Positions 9,637-19,085 of a stretch of 64,000 nt of DNA are shown in pieces. The stretch lies in the NCBI GenBank assembly GCA_045543615.1, contig JAZPXL010000018.1:19837-83836 (forward strand). The letters are read 5' to 3'. The position numbers and the translations under genes were made by a program. Origin of the DNA: Eubacteriales bacterium (lineage in GTDB: Bacteria; Bacillota; Clostridia; Oscillospirales; CAG-272). The notes beneath the pieces were generated by a model. The model worked only from the letters and a program-made list of their open reading frames with translations, was not told where the DNA came from and made no database searches. The number at the start of each line of letters is the position of its first letter. Within the stretch, counting starts at the first letter, position 1.

Positions 9637-9930
9637 TTAATCAAAGCAAAGTGGGGTTGTGTGAGTCGCGTGTCTGGGAGACGCCATATAAGACGCCACT
9701 TCATCTCTCCACGCCAGATAATGCTCTGTAAGCTTGTGCGCTGCAGCCGCCTCCTCATCGACATACACTTCGTAGAGTACAAACTGAGTGGGGTTGTCCC
9801 TTACCTCAAGAACATCAAATCTGACATTTCCACTCTCAAGGCGAGAGTTTTTATGATTGTATTCAGTAATCTTTTTGAAGGCGTCAACGCACTCAGGCTT
9901 GACATCCACATAAACAAGTGTTGCTATCAT
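9637..9930 (-). CDS. ABM-family protein (LsrG/antibiotic biosynthesis monooxygenase-like)
   Basis: 97 aa; E.GNVRFDV, FVLYEVY and AHKLTEHYLAWRD. Confidence 0.85.
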   Translation of the reverse strand: MIATLVYVDVKPECVDAFKKITEYNHKNSRLESGNVRFDVLEVRDNPTQFVLYEVYVDEEAAAAHKLTEHYLAWRDEVASYMASPRHATHTTPLCFD

Positions 9931-9940
9931 TTAGTGCTCC

Positions 9941-11443
9941 TTAGTCAAGTATCATTACATATTGAATATTGCTCAAACGGTAGCCAATCTTATAAGAAAG
10001 AGAATTTTCAAACTGCACATTCTCGCCGTCCTCGGGGTTATAAGCGGCAGAATCGCAAACCTCGAATATATACTTTGATGAGTTCTTCTCCTCGGGGTTG
10101 AGGCATTTTGTAAACACAACATAATGGTTTCCAAAAGATGTTGTAAGCTGAGCAACGATACCCTCAGGATTTTCATCAAGCAGAAGCTTTAACTGGTTTT
10201 TGGATGGATAATACACTCTTGAAAGCTCAACAGCTTTTCCGTCAACATTGAACTGACCCACAGTATAGCTCCAGTTCATATAAACGGGATTTCCATACAA
10301 AACATTTTTGGTCGAATCAGCACCAAAGTTACCACTATTAGCCAGCGCAACAGTATAGGGATCGGGTGTAAGTCCTCCCGTTTGATCCGTTCTGAAATCA
10401 TAGCCGTGTGTCTTGACTGCTCCCATATTCTTCAGCACCATAGCAGTTGCACAGTTGCCGCAACCTATGTCGATCCAAGCAGTTGCTGCGCCATATTCTT
10501 TTTCATCAATGGCGAATTTTGATAATCTTCCACCACTTGAGAAATACAAGAACTTGAGATCAGTAGCATCCCAGTCGCTTGTGTAAATATTGTTCTGGCT
10601 GTACCAGGTATATGCATTTTTGTCAGTAACGGTTACTTTGAAGGAAGTCTTTACGTCTTCGCAAGAAACAGTTACAGTTGCAGTACCAAGCCCAACAGCG
10701 CACCAGCTTCCATCGTCGCCTACAAGCAACACGTCCTCGTTACTGCTGCTCCACACAAGGTCACTTGTTATGGTGTTATAAGGATATTTTCTTGCGTAGT
10801 ATTTCCCTGTTGTATATAATCTTTCTTTAGTGCTTGTGAAAGCAACGGTAATCCTCTCGGTCTTTACAGGCTCGATTATCCAATGCTGTTTCTCGTCATC
10901 ATCAAGCTCTCCAAGGCAGGCAAAGCTTTCATTATAAATGCTCTGCTCGTCAGAAACAGCCAATACTGCACGAATATTTTCTGTCTTTGCAGGCGCAAAC
11001 ACATATCTACCGGAAGAAACTTCAATAATCTCAAAGGTATCGGGCGCATCAACCTGAGTAGCTTTAGATTTGTTTAGAAAAGTGCCTTCGCGACCACTCT
11101 TATCATAAGAGATCGCGTATTCACCGTTGTCATTCTGACAAATAAGCTTATACGTACCATCGTCATTTTTCTTGATATAGAACAACTGTCCGTAGTCCGT
11201 CTCAAGATACTTGCCAAGATAAGTCTTAGCCTTGGTATCAACCGACATCCTGTATGTATCAAGATACAATCCTGTACCGACATTTTTTATGCGGCAGATC
11301 ATATCACTGACATCGCCACTATGTGTGTAACGTTCCTCTGACTTTATATCAAGTATCAAGCTCGCCACAAGTGGCAAAAGCATCAAGAAAGCCATTATAA
11401 ACGCAAGAGGACGAACGCGCCTCTGCCGTAATAATTTCAACAT
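9941..11443 (-). CDS. Exported protein: ricin-B lectin-like, Ig-like (Big_2) and papain/C39-like C-terminal domains
   Basis: Signal/TM segment; IKNVGTGLYLD...QLFY...QHW ricin pattern; LVWSSSNEDV..V...G...AVG.GTATVTV Big_2; GCGNCATAMVL, HYVV and D.A for a C39-like catalytic set. Confidence 0.7.
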   Translation of the reverse strand: MLKLLRQRRVRPLAFIMAFLMLLPLVASLILDIKSEERYTHSGDVSDMICRIKNVGTGLYLDTYRMSVDTKAKTYLGKYLETDYGQLFYIKKNDDGTYKLICQNDNGEYAISYDKSGREGTFLNKSKATQVDAPDTFEIIEVSSGRYVFAPAKTENIRAVLAVSDEQSIYNESFACLGELDDDEKQHWIIEPVKTERITVAFTSTKERLYTTGKYYARKYPYNTITSDLVWSSSNEDVLLVGDDGSWCAVGLGTATVTVSCEDVKTSFKVTVTDKNAYTWYSQNNIYTSDWDATDLKFLYFSSGGRLSKFAIDEKEYGAATAWIDIGCGNCATAMVLKNMGAVKTHGYDFRTDQTGGLTPDPYTVALANSGNFGADSTKNVLYGNPVYMNWSYTVGQFNVDGKAVELSRVYYPSKNQLKLLLDENPEGIVAQLTTSFGNHYVVFTKCLNPEEKNSSKYIFEVCDSAAYNPEDGENVQFENSLSYKIGYRLSNIQYVMILD

Positions 11444-11476
11444 TACGTCTCCTAAGATTCTATTATTGTCAATTAT

Positions 11477-12208
11477 TTATATTTCGGTATGCTTAATTCT
11501 CTTCTTCATTTTTGCGAGATCTCTAAGCATTCTTAGTGTGTCTCGGATTACGTGAACCTTTGATTCTCCGTGATTAATTACTTTAACAGGCATCTCGCCG
11601 ATCTTGTATCCGAGCTTGTTTGCCCATAGCAAAGCTTCAAAATCAAATGCAAATCCGTTGACCTCAAGTCTTGGGAAAATATTATCCACAGCCTCGCGAC
11701 GAAATCCCTTGCAACCACATTGTGAGTCGGAAAGCTTGAAGCCACCCACAATACAAAGCACCTTAATGTATACCTTAGAAACAACCTTGCGCAAGAATGT
11801 GTAACCTGCATAACCATCTGCAGAAAGGTTTCTTGATCCGATGGTAAGCATATTTTCAGGATGCTTGTCAAACTCCTCGCACATCTGCAAAATTACATCC
11901 GTACCATAAGCAAGATCTGCGTCTGTAAACATACAAATGTCTCCACTACTTGCAAGCATCGCAGTCTTAACTGCAGCTCCCTTGCCCTTGTTATTCTCGT
12001 AACCAACAACGGTTATCCCGGGAAGCCCCAGGGAACGCACGATTTCGTCACATCCATCCTTGCTACCGTCATTGGCATAAATTATTTCATAATCTCTGAC
12101 ACCGTTTTCATCAACGAAATGATCTTCCATATAAGTCCACAGCTTTTTCGCGTTTTCGGCAATCACAGCCGCCTCGTTATACATAGGAATACAAACAGAA
12201 ATTTTCAA
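11477..12208 (-). CDS. Glycosyltransferase family 2 (dolichyl-phosphate glucosyltransferase-like)
   Basis: IPMYNE, NDGSKD, GKGAAV, DADL, DSQCGCK and FAFDFE; probable TTG start. Confidence 0.9.
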   Translation of the reverse strand: MKISVCIPMYNEAAVIAENAKKLWTYMEDHFVDENGVRDYEIIYANDGSKDGCDEIVRSLGLPGITVVGYENNKGKGAAVKTAMLASSGDICMFTDADLAYGTDVILQMCEEFDKHPENMLTIGSRNLSADGYAGYTFLRKVVSKVYIKVLCIVGGFKLSDSQCGCKGFRREAVDNIFPRLEVNGFAFDFEALLWANKLGYKIGEMPVKVINHGESKVHVIRDTLRMLRDLAKMKKRIKHTEI

Positions 12209-12230
12209 TTTACAAATACCTTTCCAAAGC

Positions 12231-13064
12231 TTATCGTTTTTGGTATACTCTGAATTCAACGTCAACGTCGACGTCGATACTGTCTAAAGCGCAAAGCCTT
12301 GAATACGAGCTCTCGCTTGTTCTGAATCTGTACGGCGTCATACCAAACAGAGTCATAATATCTTTGGTGTTATTAATCAGCACTGAATAAGAAATATTCG
12401 CCGTCTCAAGAAGAGTCATACTATTCGGGAGATCGGCACGTTCCTCATTAAGATAAACCTCGTCATATATAGCTTCTTTCAGCTTATAGAGATGTCTTGG
12501 TGCTGCACATCCAACAATCAACACACCACCGTCAACAAGGACTCTGGAGAATTCTGCCTCACAGACAGGCGCAAACATAGAAATGCACCCGTCAGCACAT
12601 CCGTCTGCAAGTGGCAGCTCAAAAACAGACGCCACAGCATAAAAAGAGTTGTTAAGACCCGATGTGTTCCGTCTCACGGACGCTCTGTGAACTGCGTGCT
12701 TTGACAGATCAGCTCCGAAAAGAAAACCATTTGGATATAGAAGAGCTATATGCTGTGAATAATATCCCTCGCCACAACCAGCATCAACTATAAAGGAAGT
12801 GGGGGTCAGGTATTTCAAGCAAAGCCTGCCAATCTCATCGGCGAGTGGCGCATAATAACCTTTATTCAGAAACTCTGTTCTGTCACTAACTGCACCCTTG
12901 GGATCGCCTCCACCACCACTTCTATGTGACAAATCGGCATAGCCCGATCTTGAGAGGTCAAAGCAATGCTTCTTTCCTGTTGTTGCATCGCAAACAAGGC
13001 TGTGTCCCTCTGTGCTTATTTTGCCTCGGCATATGGGGCAAACAAGAAAATCGGTTGTGTCCAT
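12231..13064 (-). CDS. rlmA: 23S rRNA m1G methyltransferase, RlmA-like
   Basis: CPIC...C...HCFD zinc finger, DAGCGEGYY and MTPY. Confidence 0.8.
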   Translation of the reverse strand: MDTTDFLVCPICRGKISTEGHSLVCDATTGKKHCFDLSRSGYADLSHRSGGGGDPKGAVSDRTEFLNKGYYAPLADEIGRLCLKYLTPTSFIVDAGCGEGYYSQHIALLYPNGFLFGADLSKHAVHRASVRRNTSGLNNSFYAVASVFELPLADGCADGCISMFAPVCEAEFSRVLVDGGVLIVGCAAPRHLYKLKEAIYDEVYLNEERADLPNSMTLLETANISYSVLINNTKDIMTLFGMTPYRFRTSESSYSRLCALDSIDVDVDVEFRVYQKR

Positions 13065-13065
13065 C

Positions 13066-14085
13066 TTAGGTCTCTACCTTTATGAGCTTTGCGTGAACAG
13101 CGTATCTGCCATCGGGATTACCCGTAATACAGGTCGAGAAAGTAATAATTGTATCTTCGGGGGTGAAAGTAATACCTTCCTTAACATAGAGGGATCTCGC
13201 TCTTCTCTTCTCGCAGAACTGCATAAACATTTCATCATTTATAAAATGTGTGCTGAAATAGTCATCATACTTTGTTGTAGGGTATGCAGAAAAGACCTGG
13301 AACGTATAAAGTCCGTCAAAAGTAGTAATCTCTACAATATCATTATTATAGAAGAAATCCTCTGACATATACTTTGTCACATCATAAAACATCGAGCCGT
13401 TCATCATATTATGTCCGTAGATTACGATGTTTTGATTGTGTTCAACATTGTCTGCGTTTCGAAAGTCTACATAGATAGCACCGGAATTAAGCTCAGTTCC
13501 GTAGAAGCTGTGATTAAGATAATAATTATTATCGGTGCTTTGAACAAGCGGGTATGCTATCTTGGAATTAGGAATATAAATGTAACCGTAAGTATCAGGG
13601 TTTTCAACTTTAAGGCCTTCAATAAAAGTAAGTAGCTTTCTGAACCTTAAGCTTGTGTTAACTCTGTCAACGCCCTGGTTTGGATATACAGGAATATTTC
13701 CACTAAGAATATCAGCGTAGTTATGCATAGGTCTGTCGGACGGAGCGAGAACCATCTGCTCTACCGGCGACGCATAAAGACCGTTAATAAGATCAAAGAA
13801 CTTATCCTTAATAGGATCATAAATGTCATCACCTCTTTGGTAGTCCTCAAATATCTGCGCAAGCTCCGAGAAGCAGAGCGCAAAAACTGCAACACAAACA
13901 AGAATAACAAGGACACGCATCAAATCCCAAGTAGAAATGAGCTTTTTCTTTGACTTTCTTCTCTCAGGAGAAACAACATCTTCTACGCTGAGCTCGTCAA
14001 GGGATTGCAAAAACAGATTGTTTTCTTCAGTTTGTACAATCGTTGTTCTGTTATTCTGCTTTGAGCTTTTTGAAACTATTGCCAT
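13066..14085 (-). CDS. srtB: Class B sortase
   Basis: TM helix; YPLVQSTDNNYYL, IYGHNM.NGSMF, TFSTC and catalytic Arg (GRY). Confidence 0.9.
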   Translation of the reverse strand: MAIVSKSSKQNNRTTIVQTEENNLFLQSLDELSVEDVVSPERRKSKKKLISTWDLMRVLVILVCVAVFALCFSELAQIFEDYQRGDDIYDPIKDKFFDLINGLYASPVEQMVLAPSDRPMHNYADILSGNIPVYPNQGVDRVNTSLRFRKLLTFIEGLKVENPDTYGYIYIPNSKIAYPLVQSTDNNYYLNHSFYGTELNSGAIYVDFRNADNVEHNQNIVIYGHNMMNGSMFYDVTKYMSEDFFYNNDIVEITTFDGLYTFQVFSAYPTTKYDDYFSTHFINDEMFMQFCEKRRARSLYVKEGITFTPEDTIITFSTCITGNPDGRYAVHAKLIKVET

Positions 14086-14217
14086 TGTTTTCTCCTTTCT
14101 CAGTTTAAATTTAATATGCGTGTGTTGTATATTACCAAACACATTATATAATATTTTTTATTAATAAACAAGCGTTGTTCTTCTTTTTTTAAGAAAATGA
14201 TACATTTAGTACACAAA

Positions 14218-14243
14218 ATCCTCGGCACAATTGTGCCGAGGAT
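14218..14243 (-). terminator. Palindromic hairpin after the histidine kinase gene
   Basis: ATCCTCGGCACAATTGTGCCGAGGAT flanked by A/T tracts. Confidence 0.7.
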
Positions 14244-14249
14244 CATTTT

Positions 14250-15821
14250 TTAATCAACTATTGGCAATTCAAACCAGAAAGATGAGCCCTTTGAGGGCGT
14301 GCTCTCAACTCCAAATGATGAGTTGTGTGCTACCAAAATATTTTTTACTATCGAAAGTCCAAGTCCACTTCCACTCAAAGATCGCCTGTGTGTTTTATCG
14401 ACCTTGTAATAGCGATCCCATATATAAGGAATATCTTCTTGCGAGATTCCTTCGCCGGTGTCTGTAATCGTTATTCTAACAGTTTTGCCATCAATAATGC
14501 TTTGATTGATAACAACCCGTTTGTCAGGGCCTGTGTAGTTTATGGCATTGTTTGTCAGATTGTAAAGAACCTGAAGGATCATACTTTCGTCTGCCTCAAC
14601 CACGGCGTCTTCACTCTCCTCAAAAACTATCACAAAGCCATCGTGCTTGACAAGCTCCGTGTATCGGTTTATTGTCTTGCGAACTATGTCTGTCAGATTG
14701 AAGCGAGTAGGTTTAAGCTCTCTATGATCCGAATAACGAGAAACATCAAGGAGATCGTTCACGAGTGTGGTAAGACGGGTTGCCTCATCAATGATGACTT
14801 GTGTATTCTCAGGCGTGTTTTCACCCGGTATGTCACGCATCATCTCTGCGTACCCTGTTATAAGCGTCAGGGGGGTTCGCAAATCGTGAGAAACATTTGC
14901 AATCAGCTCTTGCTTGAGCTTGTCTGTTTTTGAAACCTCCTCGGCTGCGTAGTTAAGCGTTTCAGCAAGCCGTCGCATTTCTGCATACCCCTCAACATCA
15001 AATTGCACGCTGTAATCCCCTGCTGCAAATCGCTCAGCGGACCGTGTGATTTTTTCAAGTGGTTTGGCAATTCGCTTGGAAATCAGAAGAGCAAGAATTA
15101 TTGTGGAGATTACCAAAGCTATCGCAATATAAATATATTGCTGTATCCTTGTTATCTCAACAGCAGGCATAGGAGAAAAGCCGATGTTAGTAAACACAAC
15201 AAATTCGTTGCCGTCGTGATCACGGATTGCCTTTACAGATACTGCAACAACCATAGCTCTTTGTGGCTTATCGGGATTTGGGGGTGCTTTTACTTTTGAT
15301 TCAAAAGCTCCGTCTCCCTCGCTTATTTCCCCCGAAGGTCTTCTGTTACCTTCAACGCCATCACCTCTGCCAAGCGTAAACGGTTGAGTGAAGTACCCAT
15401 CGTTTTGCATAGCTTTATCGTAAAAAGCGTTCAAAGTATCTTTGTCTGCATAATGAATAACGCAGGTCGGGGACACCTCCTTGCTTATATAAAGATCTCC
15501 GATATCACCGTTTTCAATTCGATAAATACAAATGCAAATGTCATGTGCCGATGCAAGCTCTGCACATATTTCATCAAAATCTTCCTTTCCTATGCTGTAT
15601 TCAATACTCGAATGAACAGCGGAAAGCTCGGTTTTCTTTGCCTCTTGAAAGAAATAATCTAAAAGAAATACCTGAAAGATCAAGACAATAACAAGCACAA
15701 CTATTACAAAGGATGTAAATCCTAAAACAAGCTGTCCACGAATTCCCCATCCACGCTTTCTTCTCGCGCTATCATCTCTTGAAGCTTGAGACGTGGGAGG
15801 AGATGTGCTTTCTTTTCTCAT
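14250..15821 (-). CDS. Sensor histidine kinase (HAMP-HisKA-HATPase)
   Basis: Two TM helices, SHDLRTPLT H-box, and N, G1, F and G2 boxes. Confidence 0.95.
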   Translation of the reverse strand: MRKESTSPPTSQASRDDSARRKRGWGIRGQLVLGFTSFVIVVLVIVLIFQVFLLDYFFQEAKKTELSAVHSSIEYSIGKEDFDEICAELASAHDICICIYRIENGDIGDLYISKEVSPTCVIHYADKDTLNAFYDKAMQNDGYFTQPFTLGRGDGVEGNRRPSGEISEGDGAFESKVKAPPNPDKPQRAMVVAVSVKAIRDHDGNEFVVFTNIGFSPMPAVEITRIQQYIYIAIALVISTIILALLISKRIAKPLEKITRSAERFAAGDYSVQFDVEGYAEMRRLAETLNYAAEEVSKTDKLKQELIANVSHDLRTPLTLITGYAEMMRDIPGENTPENTQVIIDEATRLTTLVNDLLDVSRYSDHRELKPTRFNLTDIVRKTINRYTELVKHDGFVIVFEESEDAVVEADESMILQVLYNLTNNAINYTGPDKRVVINQSIIDGKTVRITITDTGEGISQEDIPYIWDRYYKVDKTHRRSLSGSGLGLSIVKNILVAHNSSFGVESTPSKGSSFWFELPIVD

Positions 15822-15838
15822 AATATGTCCTTTCGCTT

Positions 15839-16546
15839 TTATTTATCCGGTGTACATTCAAATCTGTAACCAATCCCACGCAAGGTTACAATAAGTGAAG
15901 AATATCTGCCAAGCGACTTTCTCAAAAGCTTTATATGAGTATCAAGCGTTCTTGCGTCGCCGTAGAAATCATAACCCCAAACCTCGCAAATCAATTTTTC
16001 CCGAGAAAGCGCAATATTTCTGTTGTTGAGCATATAGAAGAACAGCTCATACTCCTTAGGCGACATTTCAACTCGTTCTCCGTCGAGGAATACTAGTCTG
16101 GCAGTCAAATCCACCTTAAGTCCACCTTTATCTATAACAATCTCTTCGTGTTCTTCCTGTGTCTTGAATAAGGTGTTGTCCACGCTTTTGATTCTGCTCA
16201 TAACAGCCTCAATTCTAAGCATAAGCTCCCTTGGTGAAAATGGCTTAACAACATAATCATCAACTCCAAGGCTAAAGCCATTGATCTTATCGTATTCTTC
16301 ACCTCTTGCCGAGAGCATAATAATCGGCACTCTGCTTGTTTTTCGTATTTCTCTTACTGCAGAAAATCCATCAAGCTCAGGCATCATTATATCCATAATG
16401 ACAATATCATAATTTCCTGAACGAAAAAGCACGAGAGCCTCCATACCGTCAGAAGCCTCAGTAACATTGTGCCCGTCGAACTCTGCGTATTTTCTGATGA
16501 TTGATCTTATACCGATCTCATCATCAACAACCAAAATATTATACAT
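15839..16546 (-). CDS. OmpR-family response regulator
   Basis: VVDDE, DIMMP, KPFS receiver domain plus winged-helix TLRGIGY. Confidence 0.95.
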   Translation of the reverse strand: MYNILVVDDEIGIRSIIRKYAEFDGHNVTEASDGMEALVLFRSGNYDIVIMDIMMPELDGFSAVREIRKTSRVPIIMLSARGEEYDKINGFSLGVDDYVVKPFSPRELMLRIEAVMSRIKSVDNTLFKTQEEHEEIVIDKGGLKVDLTARLVFLDGERVEMSPKEYELFFYMLNNRNIALSREKLICEVWGYDFYGDARTLDTHIKLLRKSLGRYSSLIVTLRGIGYRFECTPDK

Positions 16547-16583
16547 TTAAAAACCTCACAAACGAAAACTAAAATGTCAACTC

Positions 16584-18023
16584 TTATTCGGGTGAATACT
16601 CAACAAGCGCGATTTTTGCAGTATAATAACGTCTGCTTCGTATAACCACTACCTCAACCGTGTCACCGATCTCATAGTTTGTGATAATTTCTGTAATATC
16701 ATCTATCGAAGATATTTCGTAGCCCTCAATGCTGAGAATTCTATCTCCACTCTTAAGCCCACTTTCGGCAGAATCCTCTGAAACAAATACTGCATAGTAT
16801 TTCTCGCCTGTAACACCGTATCCATACACCTGTTCTGATACCTTTACACCTAAAACAGGTCTGCCGGAGATATATCCCTGCTCAATAAGCTCGCATGCCA
16901 CATCCCACGCTGTGTTGATTGGGATAGCAAAGCTAATGCCCTCAATGCCGTCACCTGATGACTTTGCATTAATCACACCCACAAGTCTGCCTCTCATATC
17001 AAACAATCCACCACCTGAGTTGCCGGGGCTTACTGCAGTATTTGTTTGCAAGAGATTCATCTTGCCGCTTCCTTCAATATGAACCTCACGTTCAAGACAA
17101 CTGATGATGCCATCAGTTACAGTACCACCGAGTTCTCCAAGAGGGTTTCCAATAGCAAATACTTCTTCGGCGAGCACAAGTGTGTCGCTGTTTCCGATGA
17201 TAGCAGGTTTAAGCTTTTTTTCGCCCGGATTTATCGAAATTACGGCAACATCAGTCTTAGCATCTGTTGCTATAAGCGTTGCAGGGAACTCTGCGCCGTC
17301 TGAAAGACGGACAGTTATAGCTCTTGCACCTGCTATTACGTGATTGTTTGTAATTATATAACCACCATCCGAGATAATTACTCCACTTCCCGCACCACTT
17401 ACAACATATTGAGAAAATCCGCCAAATCCACTCGTTACAGTTTCGGTTGTGATCTCCACGACAGAATCCTTAACCATATTGACTGCTTGCGTCAATGGTA
17501 AAATATCGCCCTCTTCGGCATTGACGGTATAATCGGAAAGATCCTTGCCTGTTTTGTCAACATAAATATTGCCAACATCGCCGGGAGCTTGTGTGTTATT
17601 TGTGATGTCGGTTGTATCATCCGAGTCAATAACATTAGCCAACAATCCTGCGCCAACAAAAGCGCAACCACTAAAGCACAGGCATCCCGCAAGCACTATA
17701 CACAAAGCCCAGATCCACTTCGGAACACCTCCACTATTTCTCTTTCTTCTTCCATTACCACTTCTGCTATGAGCGTCTTGCCTTTTTTTACCTTGTGGTA
17801 CTGAATAAGCAGTATATGAATAAGAATTACTCCGTCCTCTTACGTCGGTTGGAGTATAAACGCCACCAAAAGATTCCTCACTTGTGCCAAAAGCTTCTCC
17901 ACTCTCATCAGTCTCTGCTTTATCGTCATCAACGCTTGGCAATTCAATGCTGTCAACGGTTTTGGGGTCGTTTTCGGTCGGTTCCACACCAGAGTGAACA
18001 CCACTATTTTCAAAATCATTCAT
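16584..18023 (-). CDS. htrA: HtrA/DegP-family serine protease with PDZ domain
   Basis: TM helix; TNNHV, D.AV and PGNSGG catalytic triad; C-terminal PDZ. Confidence 0.93.
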   Translation of the reverse strand: MNDFENSGVHSGVEPTENDPKTVDSIELPSVDDDKAETDESGEAFGTSEESFGGVYTPTDVRGRSNSYSYTAYSVPQGKKRQDAHSRSGNGRRKRNSGGVPKWIWALCIVLAGCLCFSGCAFVGAGLLANVIDSDDTTDITNNTQAPGDVGNIYVDKTGKDLSDYTVNAEEGDILPLTQAVNMVKDSVVEITTETVTSGFGGFSQYVVSGAGSGVIISDGGYIITNNHVIAGARAITVRLSDGAEFPATLIATDAKTDVAVISINPGEKKLKPAIIGNSDTLVLAEEVFAIGNPLGELGGTVTDGIISCLEREVHIEGSGKMNLLQTNTAVSPGNSGGGLFDMRGRLVGVINAKSSGDGIEGISFAIPINTAWDVACELIEQGYISGRPVLGVKVSEQVYGYGVTGEKYYAVFVSEDSAESGLKSGDRILSIEGYEISSIDDITEIITNYEIGDTVEVVVIRSRRYYTAKIALVEYSPE

Positions 18024-18221
18024 TATGAAATGCCTCCATTTGTATTATTCCAAGCTTATTATAAGCTTTTAATGTGAAGGTTGTATGATGAAGTAATAAA
18101 AAATCTTTGAAAATATTGATTTTTCCCAAAAAATTTGTATTTTGTCGTTTTACGTTTAAAATAGTTGTAAAATATTAAATTATATGATATAATCATTGTT
18201 AATATAATCAAGGAGAATAAA

Positions 18222-19037
18222 ATGGAGAGAATACAAAAAATATTAGCCTCATGTGGGATTGTCGACTCGGCACCTATCAAATACTCTGACTGTCGAGTAA
18301 TTAATCCAAGACTTGCATCAAGACTTGACTTTGAACCCAAAAGCGTTTGCATTGGTCTTTTGCCGTATTATACAAAGTATTGCGACTCTCCTCGCTCTGT
18401 CTCCGCATATGCGCTTGCATATGATTATCACAAGCTTATTGATGCTTTAGCTCAAAGAGTTCTTCAAATTGCCAAAGAGACTATACCTGACTCTCATTTT
18501 GCTGTATTTGGAGATCACTCGCCAATTGACGAAAAGGATGCTGCGGCAAAAGCAGGACTTGGGATAATTGGAACGCACAGCCTTTTGATAACTCCCAAGT
18601 ATTCTTCGTTTGTCTTTCTCTTTGAACTGATAACAGATATTGAGTGCGACGCCGATCCCAAAGAAATAAAACATTGTGAAAACTGTGGCCTTTGCACTCT
18701 CGCCTGTCCGACTTTTCTTGCAGGCAACGGAATGTGTGTCAGCGCAATTTCTCAGAAAAAAGGCGATCTTAACTTGTTTGAAGCAAATGCGATTTTAAAA
18801 GCCCGAACTGTATGGGGATGCGATATTTGCCAGCTTGCCTGTCCTCACACTAAAAAGGCAATTGAGAACAAAACCATATATACTAACATCGATTGGTTCA
18901 CTCAGAACGTGCTACCATATCCAACCGAAGAAACCGTCGATAGCGCAGATTTCGAGATGCGTGCTTATGCGTGGAGAGGCAAAAGCACCATACTCAGAAA
19001 TATTAGCTTAATGAACCAAATTAAAGACAAAAAATAA
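18222..19037 (+). CDS. queG: Epoxyqueuosine reductase QueG-like Fe-S protein
   Basis: DYH, D.SPI.EK..A.KAGLG, CxxCxxCxxxCP and WGCDICQLACP. Confidence 0.75.
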   Translation: MERIQKILASCGIVDSAPIKYSDCRVINPRLASRLDFEPKSVCIGLLPYYTKYCDSPRSVSAYALAYDYHKLIDALAQRVLQIAKETIPDSHFAVFGDHSPIDEKDAAAKAGLGIIGTHSLLITPKYSSFVFLFELITDIECDADPKEIKHCENCGLCTLACPTFLAGNGMCVSAISQKKGDLNLFEANAILKARTVWGCDICQLACPHTKKAIENKTIYTNIDWFTQNVLPYPTEETVDSADFEMRAYAWRGKSTILRNISLMNQIKDKK

Positions 19038-19085
19038 GCGAAGAACTTCTCACTCACATTTTACTAAAGAATGGAGACGCTCAAA

